A DNA stretch of 64,000 nt, taken from NCBI GenBank assembly GCA_951406725.2, contig OX597823.1, positions 44,082,001 through 44,146,000 of the forward strand, read 5' to 3'. The stretch comes from Octopus vulgaris (lineage: Eukaryota). The notes under the pieces were generated by a model, which was given only the letters and a program-made list of their open reading frames with translations, ran no database searches and was not told the origin of the DNA. Below are positions 12,941-25,888 of this stretch, piece after piece; position 1 is the first letter of the stretch, and the number at the start of each line of letters is the position of its first letter. Position numbers and translations under genes: made by a program.

Positions 12941-12984
<44 letters not shown>

Positions 12985-13019
12985 TGTGTGTGTGTGTTAA
13001 AATACTCACACATACAACA

Positions 13020-14480
13020 TCCACATTCAACAACAATGAAAAGGCTGGAGATGGAAAAACTTCATCTGCAGACCAACATGAAAACCTCCATTGAAAATGA
13101 AATAGCTGCAGAGGAACAGTGGATAACCAAAAAATCAAACAGAACCCAAAAGTGTTCTATTCATATGTTCTATTCATAGGACCGCAGTCTCACCCTTTGT
13201 CCATTGATCGATGATAACGGCATTCTCCAATACAATGTTAAAGAAATGGCAGAAGTACTGCAGAAACAATACTGCTCTGTCTTTAGTGATTCCACTGATA
13301 TTGATGTAAGAGATGTGAACGAAGTCGATTCCCAACATAGAATTTCGGACAAAATTATTACTGCTTCAGACATCATAGCAGCAATAAATGAGATCAAATA
13401 CTATTCTGCTGTAGACCCTGATAGATTCCCCGTTAATCTCCTGAAGGAATGTAGACACCAACTTGCAGTCCCTCTGACCAACCTCTGGAGAAATTCGTTA
13501 GACGCAGGTTATATACCGAAACAGATCCTTCGCAGTCAACTCACCTCCCATATCATTAAAGTGTTTGAAAGGGTGATGAGATCAAGGATAGCTGGCTTCC
13601 TGGAGAGACACAAACGTCTAAATTCAAACGAGCATTGCTTTCGTTGCAGTAGGGACTATCTAACACAGCTCTTACACTATATCAATGATATCCTTAAAGC
13701 CTTGGGAACAGGTTCGAACTCTGATGTCATAAATCTTGACTTCAGTAAAACGTTCGACGGAGTTAACCAAAATATCCTACTGTCAAAACTGTCAAATGTT
13801 GGAATCCGTGAAAAACTTCTACTCTAGTTTGAGTATTTCCTGGAGAATAGAACACAACATGTTGTGATCGGTGGAATCCACTCAAGCCCAGCAAAAGTCA
13901 CAAGTGATGTTCCTCAGGGTCCGCTCCTCTTTATAATCTATATACATGAACTTTCCAGCGTCATAAAACACAGCAAAGTGAAAATATTCGCTGATGACTC
14001 CAGAAAATTATCAATGAAGAAGGTGACCGAACTCAACTCCAGTCTGCTCTACACGCTTTGAGTCACTGAGCAGACAAAAACAAAATGCAACTAAACGAGG
14101 GAAAATTTGAGCTGATGCATTTTGGAAAAAAGACCATGCTAAAACAATCATACTCTCCTCCTTCAGGGGAACCTCTCGCAGCATCTAATAATATCAGAGA
14201 CCTGGGAGTAACTGTTGATAACAATCACAATTGGAGTGCCCACATCAATAATAAGGTCGATATAGCTCGTAGTATGAGCTCCTGGATCCTAAGAACCTAA
14301 GAGGAAAAGGATCCCATTACTTTTAAACGGAATCTGAACAAATTTCTTCAAGGAATACCAGATAAGTCACCTATACCTTGATACAACTCACTGAACAAGA
14401 ACTCTCTATTCGAATGGGCCATGATACCACAAAAATTGACTTAGACGATCCAATCAGGTGGTTCTATTAAGTTAGACATG
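13020..14480 (+). pseudogene. Degenerate CR1/L2/Jockey-like reverse transcriptase
   Basis: LDFSKTFD, VPQG, FADD motifs in broken frames. Confidence 0.85.
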
Positions 14481-14852
14481 GCCGGGACCAATCTTTTCTT
14501 GTCTGTTTGTTGTTGTTGTTATTGTTGTTTTGTTTTGTTGGGTTTTTTTCTTTGTTGCCGTAAACATTCGCTAGCTTTCTTACAAAGGGATCTAATGCTC
14601 TTAGCTTAGACTTTGGGGATTGGGCAACCAGATCGAACCATCTCAAGTGTAACTGCCCGAAATGGTCGTGACTTCTGGAACTTGACTGAGGAAGGAAAGC
14701 CACAGATGACCCGTCTTTTTATTTATTTATTTGTTTTTTTTTTTTGCTTGTCCTAATTGTTGTTTCTCTTGTCCGCCTTTATATCGTCTATATGTCCGAA
14801 CGATTTAATGTCCTCTTTTGCGTTTTTGTTCCATTTTTATATTTATATATAC

Positions 14853-14904
<52 letters not shown>

Positions 14905-14984
14905 TGAATGAATGAATGAATGCATATATTTTTATTTTATTTTTATTTTATTTTATCTAGTTTCAGCTCACGAGCTGTGGTCAT

Positions 14985-15437
14985 GCTGGGGCACCGCCAT
15001 CTGCTGTTGCTACATGGTTTTACTTCACGAATGCTTTTTAGCAACTGCCATTTGGTGCATGAGAGAGTTCGATGCAGCTGCCCTCATCTGCACCTCCTGC
15101 CGTGAAGTTGGTTCATCTGAGACACCTGACAAGAAGAGATCCAGTTTCATTTTAAAGACCATCTGCATCCACCCCATGCAGGTCTCTTAGGTTCTTCGGG
15201 AGGATATTGAAGAGCTGTGGGCCTCGGAAGCCCAGGCTATCACAGTATCTTGTCCTACATCTTGATGGCAAATTCGGAGTCCTTGGCACCACGCAGTGGC
15301 GCCCAGTTCTGGCATTTGTGTAACTCTCGATGCCAAAGTTTGGGACAAGTCCTTCCAGGATCTTCCAGATGTATATTATGGCATATCTTTCTCGCCTACG
15401 CTCCAAGGAATAGAGTTTTAATCTCTTGAGTCTTTCT
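14985..15437 (-). mobile_element. CR1/L2-like LINE 3' fragment
   Basis: SLERRRERYAIIYIWKILEGLVPNFGI...GPQLFNILP. Confidence 0.8.
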
Positions 15438-15829
15438 TTGTATATTTTCTTTGTGAATTAAGGCTACCATTGGTTTCATTTTAAGAAAAGTAGGAAACTA
15501 TCCTAGTATCTTAACAATTTTTCAAGCCGATCACAGAGAAAAGTGTTCGCCGCCATTTCGAAAAGCAATCTGGCTTCGTTCATGGGATAAATCGTAAATT
15601 CGTGTAAATAATACAGCGAATCAATGTATCAAAGTGGCGTTACTCTTGAGTGGCAGCTTTTGAATGTTTGTCTCCCTTTGATTTGTCTTGTGGATAAATT
15701 AATCACCAAAAAATTTTCCCAAAAGACAAATCCAAGGGAGACAAACATCCAAAAGATTCCGCCAATATGGTGTTGAGCACTGATTTCATCATTCGACATT
15801 TACGTACACACACACATATATATATTCTT

Positions 15830-16016
15830 GTATTCTTTTTTTTTGTTTCAGTCATTTGACTGCGGCCATGCTGGATGACCGCCTTTAGTCGAACAAGTTG
15901 ACCCAAAGACTTATTCTTTGCAAGCCTAGTATTTATTCTATCTGTCACTTGTGCCGAGCCGCTAAGTTTTGGGGACGTGAACACACCAAGCGACATGGGG
16001 GGCGGGGACACGCGCG

Positions 16017-16058
<42 letters not shown>

Positions 16059-16225
16059 TATATATATATATATATGCGACGGGTTTCTTTCAGTTTCCGT
16101 CTACTAAGTCCACTCTTTGGTTGGTCCGAGACTATAGTAGAAGACACCCAAGATGTCACACAATAGGACTGAACCCGGAACCACGTGGCTGCTAAGCAAG
16201 CTACTTACCACACAGCCACTCCTGA
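15830..16225 (-). mobile_element. tRNA-derived CORE-like SINE with internal (TA/TG)n
   Basis: Reverse complement of 60400-60828. Confidence 0.85.
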
Positions 16226-16252
16226 TATGTGTGTGTGTGTGTGTGTGTGTGT

Positions 16253-16510
16253 GGAGGCTCGTGGCTTAGTGGTTAGGGTGTCAGCATCATGATCGCAAGA
16301 TTGTGGTTTCGACTCCTGGACCGAGTGACGCGTTGTGTTCTTGAGCAAAACACTTCATTTCACATTGCTCCAGTCCACTCAGCTGGCAAAAATGAGTAAC
16401 GCTGCAATGGACTGGCGTCCCGTCCAGCTGGGGAACACATACGCCAATGAAACCAGGGAACCGAACCCATGAGCCTGGCTAGGCTTTAAAAGGGCGCATT
16501 TATTTATTTA
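16253..16510 (+). mobile_element. tRNA-derived SINE (1303 family variant)
   Basis: tRNA-like head. Shares the tail gagtaacgctgc...atgagcctggctaggct with 1303. Confidence 0.85.
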
Positions 16511-16818
16511 TATATATATTCTTTTATTCATACCGAACTACTTGGTAAAATGATTAATTATTAAGTAATTAATTAATTTTACCCTTTATAATTGATAATA
16601 TAATTCTCTCCCTGATAGTAAACTAGAGTTTTTTTTTCTGTAAAATTTTTACTCATTAGCACACGTGAGTAAGTGAGGATGAATACGAGATCTCATTTGT
16701 CCGTTTGAATTCGGAAGTACTGGTTGTTAGATGTATGTTGGAATTCTGAAACAAGTTTCTATAAAACTAGTTTTTAAACATCGAATAGTAAGAGGGGTCC
16801 ACCAGAATAAAATAGTAA

Positions 16819-17331
16819 TCTCTATATATAAAACTGTAGTTGTGTGAGTGTCTGTCTCCTACGATTTAGATTCCTAACTACTCCCACATTTTGCGGTGCA
16901 GTTTAACCAAATTCGGGTATCTTATAGTCGTGATTCATATCGCGCCCGTCTGGGTATTAGCACGCGTCTACGATGAGTCTACGATTTTAAAAATAATTTA
17001 ACATCATTTTTTATTCCATTTTAATGCATATTTTTTCGTGTGTCGATGGCGGCGGAGTTAGCGTCCATGGTCACACCTGCACCTGTGTTGCTTCTCCCCC
17101 TTCTTCCCTCCCTCGTGAAGCTGTGGGGAAGGGAGTGTAAGGAAATCAACGTCGTAAAGCGTTGTCAAGGAGACCAGCGTTCTTTTAGAACAACGACTTC
17201 ATGGCTTGAAGACACCAAAACAGAAATGGTTAAGAAAGCCCGAATTGGCATCTATAAGGGAAGTAACTCTCTAAAAATGCTTATATAGTTATTTCCCTTA
17301 CAAACCGAGCAACGCCGGGCGATACTGCTAG
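16819..17331 (+). mobile_element. Non-autonomous Helitron
   Basis: A|TC start, subterminal hairpin ccgagcaacgccggg, CTAG|T end, no TSD. Sister copy at 35118. Confidence 0.85.
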
Positions 17332-18199
17332 TCATAGATAAAACAAAAAAAATAATATATGGTTCGATTTTGATCATTTGATGAGTGATTCACGGAGCTG
17401 ATGTCATCGAATAATTCTAATTTCGTTACAAACTTCTGGGGAAACATCAGTGCAGTGTAACTCTAAACACATGTCAATTATGTTAAGTTCACCCTTGTAC
17501 AAAGTTACAAATAAACAGGAAAGATAGAAGACAGAAGCTAGTTCATAGTTCAAAATACATATTTCATGGGTTTTTTTTTCTTCCTCTTTTTCACTCTAAT
17601 TCATTAACTGTTTAGACATAGAGACAGAAAGTTCTTACATGAAAATTAGATATTACCATGGTAGCTCTGGCTTGCAAAAATGTCCTTTGGTATAGCTATA
17701 TTTAATGTAATTACCACGAACTAATCTGCAAGCCCACTTTCGTTCTTCTCGGGTACAGACATGAATTACTGGTGGCTATTTCTTGTTATTCTTTTTGATT
17801 TATTAAATTTTTTTTTCATCTCGTTTCAGCATTTGTTGTCAGTTGTGTTAAATTAATGTTTCGTTCTTAACTTCTATTTTTAAACTTTTAAATAGTTTTA
17901 TATTTATTTTAAATGTTAAAAATTTCCTTATGCATATACATTGTATTATAAACACTAAAAATGTTAATATCTTAAAAAAAAAAAAAGGAATATTAAATAT
18001 GATATTTTTATTACCCAACAGAACGAAAATCTAATTTTGTCAAAGATTACCTAGTTAGCGTTAAATTGCATGATAACCAAATCCAAATACTAAACTGAAT
18101 ATGTAAGGGTCTGCTTGATTGATAAGCGGGAAATATGGAAGGGGGGGTTACAATTGATTACAATAACCTATCTATCGCAATATTGCTTGGTGTAGTGTG

Positions 18200-18848
18200 G
18201 GGTAGCGCAGTATGATCGCGATATTCTTATTCATCAACATCTAATAGTCTCTACACATTGCTAGGCAGAGCGCCTTGCCCATCTCACACTGCTGACCCTT
18301 CAATGGGTCGAGGCGTAGAGCATATGTCGGCTGTGGCTGGACAGCTACCTTCACTGTGATTGTCGTTCTCGGTTGGGTGAAGATGGCTGTAAAGTGGGAT
18401 GGGGTTCTGAAGAAGCAAGCCACCTTCCGGCACACAAAAGACCGACGCTGGCTATCCTGTTGGACATCGGAGAGGAAGTGAAGTGAAGTGAGACAGACAG
18501 ACAGACAGGCAGGCAGGCAGGCTTGCAGGCAGGGAGACGTGTTTGAAATTTTGTCTGACGACAATAGCAAGCAGGTCAATAGTGGAAATAACGCAGGGAT
18601 ACAGACACACATACAAGAAACGGTCACCACAGCAAATACATTTAGCAATAGTGACGAGCCAGCTTGAGCTTCAGTTCAGTTAAGGATAATCGGGACATTT
18701 GCAAAGACATCTCAGTGGAAAGCAACTTGATGGACATCATCCGGTGGATGTAGTCGCCTTTCGTGCCATTCAGTTTTGATCAAACCATATGGACATTCTT
18801 CAATGAAAACTGAGTCAGAAATGGAGTCTAGTAGCCCCCTGAGTGAGT
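18200..18848 (+). promoter_or_regulatory. Candidate promoter/first exon of the host gene
   Basis: Non-repetitive, CpG-retaining, relatively GC-rich block at the edge of the CpG-depleted domain. Possible donor gtgagt at 18843. ATG at 18803 (MKTESEMESSSPL, phase 1) would be in frame with the exon starting at 34874. Inference only. Confidence 0.35.
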
Positions 18849-18866
18849 GGGCATACTTTTCTAGAG

Positions 18867-19086
18867 CAGTGCTTTTCAACCTTTTTGCTGGAATGGAACC
18901 CCAAGGAAACATTCCATTGGCTCGAGGAACCCCTGTGCAATAATTTAATAGTCTTATGCACACATATCTGCACAGGAGAATAAAAAATTACTACCGATTT
19001 TAGCAGTTTTGCAACTTCTTGCGGAAACCCCTGGACTGTACTGGCAGAACCCTAAGGTTCCACGGAACCCTGGTTGAAAAACACTG
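18867..19086. mobile_element. hAT (Charlie-like) MITE
   Basis: TIRs cagtgcttttcaacc and ggttgaaaaacactg. Perfect 8-bp TSD ttctagag. Confidence 0.9.
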
Positions 19087-19799
19087 TTCTAGAGCCTTAT
19101 TGCTTACTACAATGATTGGAGGATAAGATTAAAGAAAGAGATATTTGATATTGACAGCTTCACATGCTGTAGGCAGATTACAACTTGTAGCGATCCAAAA
19201 CTTACAATTGTAAAACCTTAAGGAAATCAAAAATAACACCTTCCCCACCTCTCCCAGTACATGGAAATAATGGACACTGTTTTCCATTAACACCTACTTT
19301 ATAAACAGAAAAGAGAATTGAGAGTTAAGTAGAAACTAGACTTCCTGTTGCTAACATCATACTCAAAATAACTCACAACTCTCCAGACTTTGTTACACAA
19401 TTACTCCAGCTCTACATCTACGATCTGTGTCAGCAAAAAAAACTTTCTCCAAAACAAACTTAAAATATCACTTTCAAAGTCTACCATCTCATTTCTTATC
19501 AGTATCTTCTATTATTGCTCTGGTCAGATAAAAGCCTTGTGATTGGATTTTATAGACATACACCAAAAGAATCCCAGTGTGTGCACGCAGGTGTGTGTGT
19601 GTGTGTGTGTGTTTATGTCTCCCTTTACGTGATTATTGTAAATGAATGTCCCTGTCATACAAGCAGTTTTTCCCAATCTTTTGTGAAGCATGTCTGGCCA
19701 TGGATGAATATTAGCCTACCTGGAAAGAAGTCAATGTTGGTTACAGCTTCAACATTCAAACCATAGAAAATTTGCCTCAACAAATTGTCTGACCAATGG

Positions 19800-20390
19800 A
19801 AGTGTGGTTAACAGAGAAAGTAGTATTTGAGTGTGACTGATGTGCAGGAACAATAGACACTAAGAACACAGGAAATAATTTCCTCAAATACCCAGGGAAA
19901 TCATTAGAAGCAGTAAACAGTTTCTTTTTACCCAGGTGACAAAATTAGCAGTGGAGGTGGGTGCTCTGAAAGCATAATTGCTTGAATTAGAACTAGCTGT
20001 GCAAAGTTCAGAGAGCTATTACTTTTATTGATAACAAAGATCCGCTCTCTCAGAATGAAGGACAGTTTGTTACTTGTGTATGAACAACAATGCGACATGG
20101 TAGTGAAACATGGGCTGTGAATGCAGACAACATGTAGGTACTAGAAAGAGATGAAACCAGCATGCTCTGCTGGATGTGCAATGTCAATGAACATATACAA
20201 CTTGGTATAAATGTGTTGAGAGAAAAACTGGGTAGAAGAGGAATAAGATGTAGTGTGAAAGAGAGAAGACTTTGCTGGTTTGGTCATGCTGCACAAAGAA
20301 GTATCAATCTCTAAATGCGAAGGGAAAACCTGTGGAAAGGGAAGACCTAGGAAGACATGGGAAAATGTGGTGAAAGATGATCTGCAGATG
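19800..20390 (+). mobile_element. Degenerate RTE LINE fragment
   Basis: KFRELL...HGSETWAV...GRPRKTW in broken frames. Confidence 0.8.
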
Positions 20391-21775
20391 TTTGTTGAGA
20401 ATAAAAGCCATCACTTTAGTGCCATTTCAGATTTTGCTGTTTGTACACAATCTGAACAGATGATACATAACATTTCACCCACCCCTGTTAATCCACCACT
20501 CGGGAGTGGTACCTTTTCATCAACACTGAAAGGATGAAAGTTGAAGTTGTTCTTGGTGGGATTTGAACCTAGAGCACAGGGAAATAGAACAAGTATTACA
20601 AGTCATTCTGTCCAACATGCTAATGACTGCCAATTCACCACCATAGGAAGCTGAAATAGAAGCTGAAATGTATCCTACTGAACTTTAAATTTTTACCCCA
20701 ATCTTTTACTAGGTTCAGCCTATTATTTTGTTTGTTAGATTCTAAAAATAATACATTCTAGATACATTTAAGATTGACATCTTTCCATCCTATGCAAAAA
20801 AAAATAAACAAAGATTAAATTAGGGTAATGATAGTAAGGTATTTTAATGTTATCAATATCATTATCAGCGACTTTTTAACTTTGTACGCAAACACTACCA
20901 ATCAGTGATGTACATTTAGTCTTTGATTCATTTTAAAGAGATAGATAATAACATCATTAATATTTTTCCATAAAACAAAGAAAACATTTTTTTTTAATTA
21001 GCTCAGTTAATGATCACACAACAGAATGATGTTCAAAGGTAAATACTATTTTATATAAATGTTTTATTTATATTTACATTCAATATTTCATTTTGTGCCA
21101 AACCTTGGAGAAAGCATGGAATACAAAGTTGAAGAAAATGTTTCCAATTTTGAAGACAAATTTATTTTATATTCTTTCATTACATTTTTATATTGATTTT
21201 CAATCCTGTCTTTCTGCAAATTTAGTCCAAATATTTTCAAGCCATCTTGCTCCGTATATGCACTACAATTTCAGCAAAGAAAGTGTCACAGTGCCATGTC
21301 ATCTCAAACATAATGCAGCTTTCCCTTTTTGTACCTAAAAATCCATAATATATTTTGTCCTCTTTTTTTTAACACTTAATTATGATGCTGCCCACCAACT
21401 AATTTTGACTCTGATGATTTGTATTAAATTTTTCACATCTTACATAAGTAAATTCAGTAGTATCCCTTTATGTCCTCTTTAATCATCTGTCCCTATTAAA
21501 ATTTAGCTAAAACAAAACAAAAAATTGTCACTTCTCCAGCTCAATATCTCTCTTTCTGCTTTCTATATAATATGTTGCTTCTCTATATAATGTGTTGGTT
21601 CAGTTATTCTAATATGTATAAGGTGAATCTTATTTTGTATTTTATTCTTTCTTCACAAGCATCTTTTATTTCTTCATAAACAATACACTGAAGTTGTAAT
21701 TTTAATTTATTAAACATTGCAGGCTTGCTATATCAGAAAATGTTTGTGCTCACATTACAATTAAGTCTTCATGCA

Positions 21776-22173
21776 CAGGGCTAGATTAAGCCCTAAGCAC
21801 TTAAAAGATTTTGGTGCACCCTTTTATAATTCAAAATATAAACAGTATTAAACCATAAAATAAATTTTTATTTTTCAAAATGAAACAAAACTAACAGTAA
21901 GATGGAAAATAATGTTTATTTTTGTATAGTTCCACTTTATTTATATTTGAAAAGTTTCCTCCTACTTTTTTTAAATGCAAAGTCTTTGACCAGATACTCA
22001 CTATGACACCATAAACCAATTCATATAAAGCAATACAAATATTACTTTAGCAAGTTTAAAGTAATTTCTTTTGTGCTGTAGACTATTACCATTTCTATGG
22101 TGCCCCTGCTTCCCTTGATGCCCTAAGCACGTGCTAATTTTTTTTGCTTGCCTAATGATTTAATCCAGCACTG
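21776..22173 (+). mobile_element. hAT MITE
   Basis: TIRs cagggctagattaa and ttaatccagcactg. 8-bp TSD ttcatg(c/g)a. Inverted sister copy at 33917. Confidence 0.85.
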
Positions 22174-22687
22174 TTCATGGAGCATGTGTATCTTGATAAT
22201 TTTTTGCTGGTCATTCTATTTATTATGTCATTCAATGTTCATTAACAGCAAAATAAATAAATAGTTTCTTATTAGCTAAGTCTTTTAGTCACAATTAAAC
22301 CTTGTGTCTCAGGTAAAATCCAATAAGATTAATTGTATGTTTGGGATTGCCATTGCACTGCAAAGGATCAAACATACTCATCACTGTAATTAATATCTAA
22401 TGAATTCTAAAATATTTGAAGTAATTTCTAATTGTTCCAATTTCATTTTTGACTAAGATTAGTCATTTAGAAAATTATGTCTCTCATTATAAATATTACA
22501 ATTTTGATTAATTGAATTTTCTTGCTTAGTAGATCAAATATGCTAGTGTTCACATTATTACTGAGTTTCTCTGTCATAGGCTCCCATGGGTAATTTGTTC
22601 CGGTATTTTCTTTTAACTTATGCCATTTTGTATGATCCATGAAATAACTATTTATTTCAAGTCCTTCTAAGACTTGAAATAAATAAC

Positions 22688-22896
22688 TGTTGTTGTTGTT
22701 GTTGTTGTTGTTGTTGCTGTTGCTGTTGTTGCTGTTGTTGTTGTTGTTGTTGTTATTGCTGTTTTTGCTGCTATTGTTGTTGTTGTTGTTGTTGTTGCTG
22801 TTGTTGCTGCTGTTGCTGTTGCTGCTGCTGTTGTTGTTGTTGTTGCTGCTGCTATTGCTGTTGTTGTTGTTGTTGCTGCTGTTTCTGGTCTTGTTG
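22688..22896. repeat. (TTG/CTG)n microsatellite
   Basis: Directly visible. Confidence 0.95.
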
Positions 22897-23215
22897 TTAT
22901 TATTATTATTCAGGTTACTGCCTGGAATCGAACTCAGAATCTTGGGGTTAGTAGCCCACGCTCTTAACCACAATACCATATGCTCATGGGCAATTATGGA
23001 GTGAATTCTAGGGCAGTGACCTGAATAATAATAATAACAATAACATCAAAAAATACCTTAGGAATGAGAACCCAGGTTCTAAATTTTCCCAAGACACCTG
23101 ATGAAGGCTGGAAGATATATCAGCCAAAACAAGACGAGGACAAATATCCGTCAAATGTAAACAATGTAAATAATGTACATAATTCCTCATCTCTTGAATA
23201 TAGAACCATATTTAG
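22897..23215. mobile_element. tRNA-headed element with inverted head and degenerate hammerhead (Penelope-dependent SINE-like)
   Basis: tRNA-like head on the minus strand at about 22910-22980. Inverted arms at 22897-22927 and 23007-23037. CTGATGA-aggctg...cagcc-AAAAC at 23098-23130. Confidence 0.7.
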
Positions 23216-23279
23216 TTATTTTGAATTGTGGCTCTGCTTTTCTCATGAGAATTGGTCATTTGGAAAAAAATTTTTTTCT

Positions 23280-24080
23280 TAAATCATTTACTTTCAGTCA
23301 TACATGCACACTAGCATTGCACATCCAACAGAGCATGCTAGCTTCATTTCTTACAAGCCTTCACATGTCCATGTTTCATTGTCATGTAACATAGCTATTT
23401 GTACACAGGTATCATACACTCCACCTTTCACTCTGAGGGAGAGGCCCTTTGCTGTCAACAAAAGTAGTAGCTCTCAGAACTTTACCCAGCGAGTTCTTAT
23501 TCTAGCAACTATTCTTTCAGAGCATCTTTCTCTACTGTTAACTTGGTTACCTAAGTAATAGAAACTATACCTTCTACTTTAACTATCAACTACAGATATT
23601 TGAGGGAGTTTATTTTCTGTACATTCTTAGTGTTCATTGTACCTGCACACATCTGCCACATACAAAAAACTATTTTCTCTATTAACCTTCCTATGATACC
23701 ACTGCACCTCTTATGTGTCCATAGCTTGCATTGGGTACACCATATTGAGTTTCTACCACCACCTTTTCTACATATTAAGCATAACCATCTCCCTCTAAAG
23801 GTTCAGTGATTTATCTGTTTTCCTACTCACATGGCTTTTGTCTTCACTAAATTAACTCTTAAGTCCCTTGGATTCTAGACCATACTTCCACACCTGAAAT
23901 TTCTTCTCTTGTTCAGGTTGTGATTCAGTATAAAAACAAGGTCATCAGTATAGAGGAGTTCCCAAAGGGCAACCAGTCTTAAATTCCTCTTTAATAGCCT
24001 GGAGTACTATGGGGAACAAGAAGGAGCTGAGAACTGACTTTTGGTGAACTCCTACTTCTACACTTACTACTGAATTTTCT
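23280..24080 (-). mobile_element. Degenerate RTE LINE RT fragment
   Basis: GVHQ.S.LS.FLF, ELLYTDDL, CYLGNQ motifs on the minus strand. Confidence 0.8.
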
Positions 24081-24719
24081 ATTTAATCACTTTTAGTTAA
24101 TTAAAGTTTTTATCTTATCTCTTGCTTTTTTTTTTCACAAGTTTTGTCATTTAAAAAACAATCATTAAGATCCTTACATCAATTATAATTAGTCCACCTG
24201 AGTTTGGATTAATTAAAATTAATTCAGATTTCTTGGTTTAATCTGTGAAGTATGCAACCAACTTCATTTGTGTTTAATCTTCTAACAGTAAGCAACCCTG
24301 AGTCATTTTTTTTTATAATCACTTCATATTCACTCATGAGAGAAAAAAAAAACATCATCCCTCAACATTTTAGAATATTGAAGTCACAGTTAGATTATGC
24401 TCCACTAATAAATTCTAATATACCAGGAATTATCAAATGGTCGCCCATTTCATTCTATATGTAATTAATTTGAATTAACTGAAATTTCAGGTTGTTTCCC
24501 TTGCTTATTTTGACCAGAGTTAGCCACTTAGAATATGCTTGTTCTTATCACTAAAATTTCCTAACTTCCTAACTTACTGCCCACTTGGTTATTAAAGTTC
24601 TATGTAGCAAGTAAACCCAGGTAATTTTTGACAATTATTCATTTTTCATTTTAATACCATCTGGTTTAAATTCATTAAAAAACTACTACTACTACTACTA
24701 CTACACACACACATCTATA

Positions 24720-25468
24720 AGGTCGAGAGAATAAGATGGATGAGGAATTTTTTCTCAACCAAGCTTTTTGATCTTCTGTGATGTGATCTTCTTAACATTT
24801 TGATAGAAGATCCATTTTTCATCACTAGTCACAAGTCTATCCAAAAAGAATGAAATGGGTTCACGAGAATGGAAAGAAGAACAGATGTCAACTCAAGATT
24901 TGCGGTTGCTTTCGGATACTTCATGAGGCACCCATTTTCCAAGTTTAGGAACCTTTCCAAGTTGTTGAAGATGACAATGAACAGTTGCATGGTTTAAAGT
25001 AAGCTTTATTGCCAATTCTTCAACTGATAATGCAAGATTTTCTTCAAGTAATGCCTCAAGGAGCTTATCATCAAACTCAACTGGACGCCCTGTTCAATCT
25101 TCATCTTCAAGGCTGAAATCTCCACTTCTGAATTTTGCAAACCATCTTCTGCAAGCTCTTTCATTCATTCAAGCATTCTTCCTCATAAACTGAGTGTATG
25201 TTTCAAGTCGCTTTAGCTGCAGAGTTTCCTCTTTTGTATTCATAAAGCATTATATGCCTCAAATGCTCTTTGGATATTTCCATGTTAGAAAGGTTTTTAA
25301 TCAAAGAAATTTTAATTCTATTATTCTGTAAAATGATATTTTATGAGTTTAAATGTACACAAATGCATAAAAGTAATTTTTAATTCCATTAGACATTCTA
25401 AAATACTTTTAAATTTCATTCAATTTTAAAAAAGGTAAAATCCGACAGAACTTATGGGATGACCTGAT
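24720..25468 (-). mobile_element. Degenerate mariner 5' half
   Basis: TIR TA|tcaggtcatcccataagtt. Minus strand encodes MEISKEHLRHIMLYEYKKG and the IVTSDEKWI motif. Confidence 0.75.
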
Positions 25469-25830
25469 ATATGTCACCAGCATGGGAGACAGCCAGGGGA
25501 CACTGGCCACAGCTACAATATTGGTTTTATTGGACTCAACAAGTCTTCTCAAGCATATCATATTGCACAACGCATCAGGGGTACTCTTAACTGGGCCGCA
25601 CATACATGGCTGCGGTCTCACTTTAGTTTCCGAGTCTTCTCAATCACAGCATATCTCCAAAGGACTCAGTCTTCTGTCAGTTGAGTATGGTGCTGCTACA
25701 CCAATCATTGGGTATGACTCCTTCATGAACTACCTGATTTATGGCACGGGTGACAAGACCATAGCCCACACTGCCCAATATTTTAACCATCTCAATGATG
25801 ATTTCTGCATTACTACTTGAAATCCTGTTG

Positions 25831-25884
<54 letters not shown>

Positions 25885-25888
<4 letters not shown>

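Noticed and set aside
13204-13827. Longest ORF (207 aa) as a host gene
   Set aside because: It is part of a frameshifted, stop-containing LINE reverse transcriptase.
15497-15620. YY1-like/start-codon motif GAAATGGCGGCG on the minus strand
   Set aside because: The ORF closes after 17 codons, with no convincing donor or downstream exons.
21002-21038. Possible 37-nt exon (ttag|...AAG|gtaaat)
   Set aside because: Splice signals alone are weak evidence in AT-rich DNA, and it is out of frame with the main ORF. It could only be a UTR/uORF exon and needs RNA data.
21778-21800. TTAAGCCCTAAGC resembling the pistol ribozyme core
   Set aside because: It is the subterminal sequence of a hAT MITE, and the P1/pseudoknot partner is absent.
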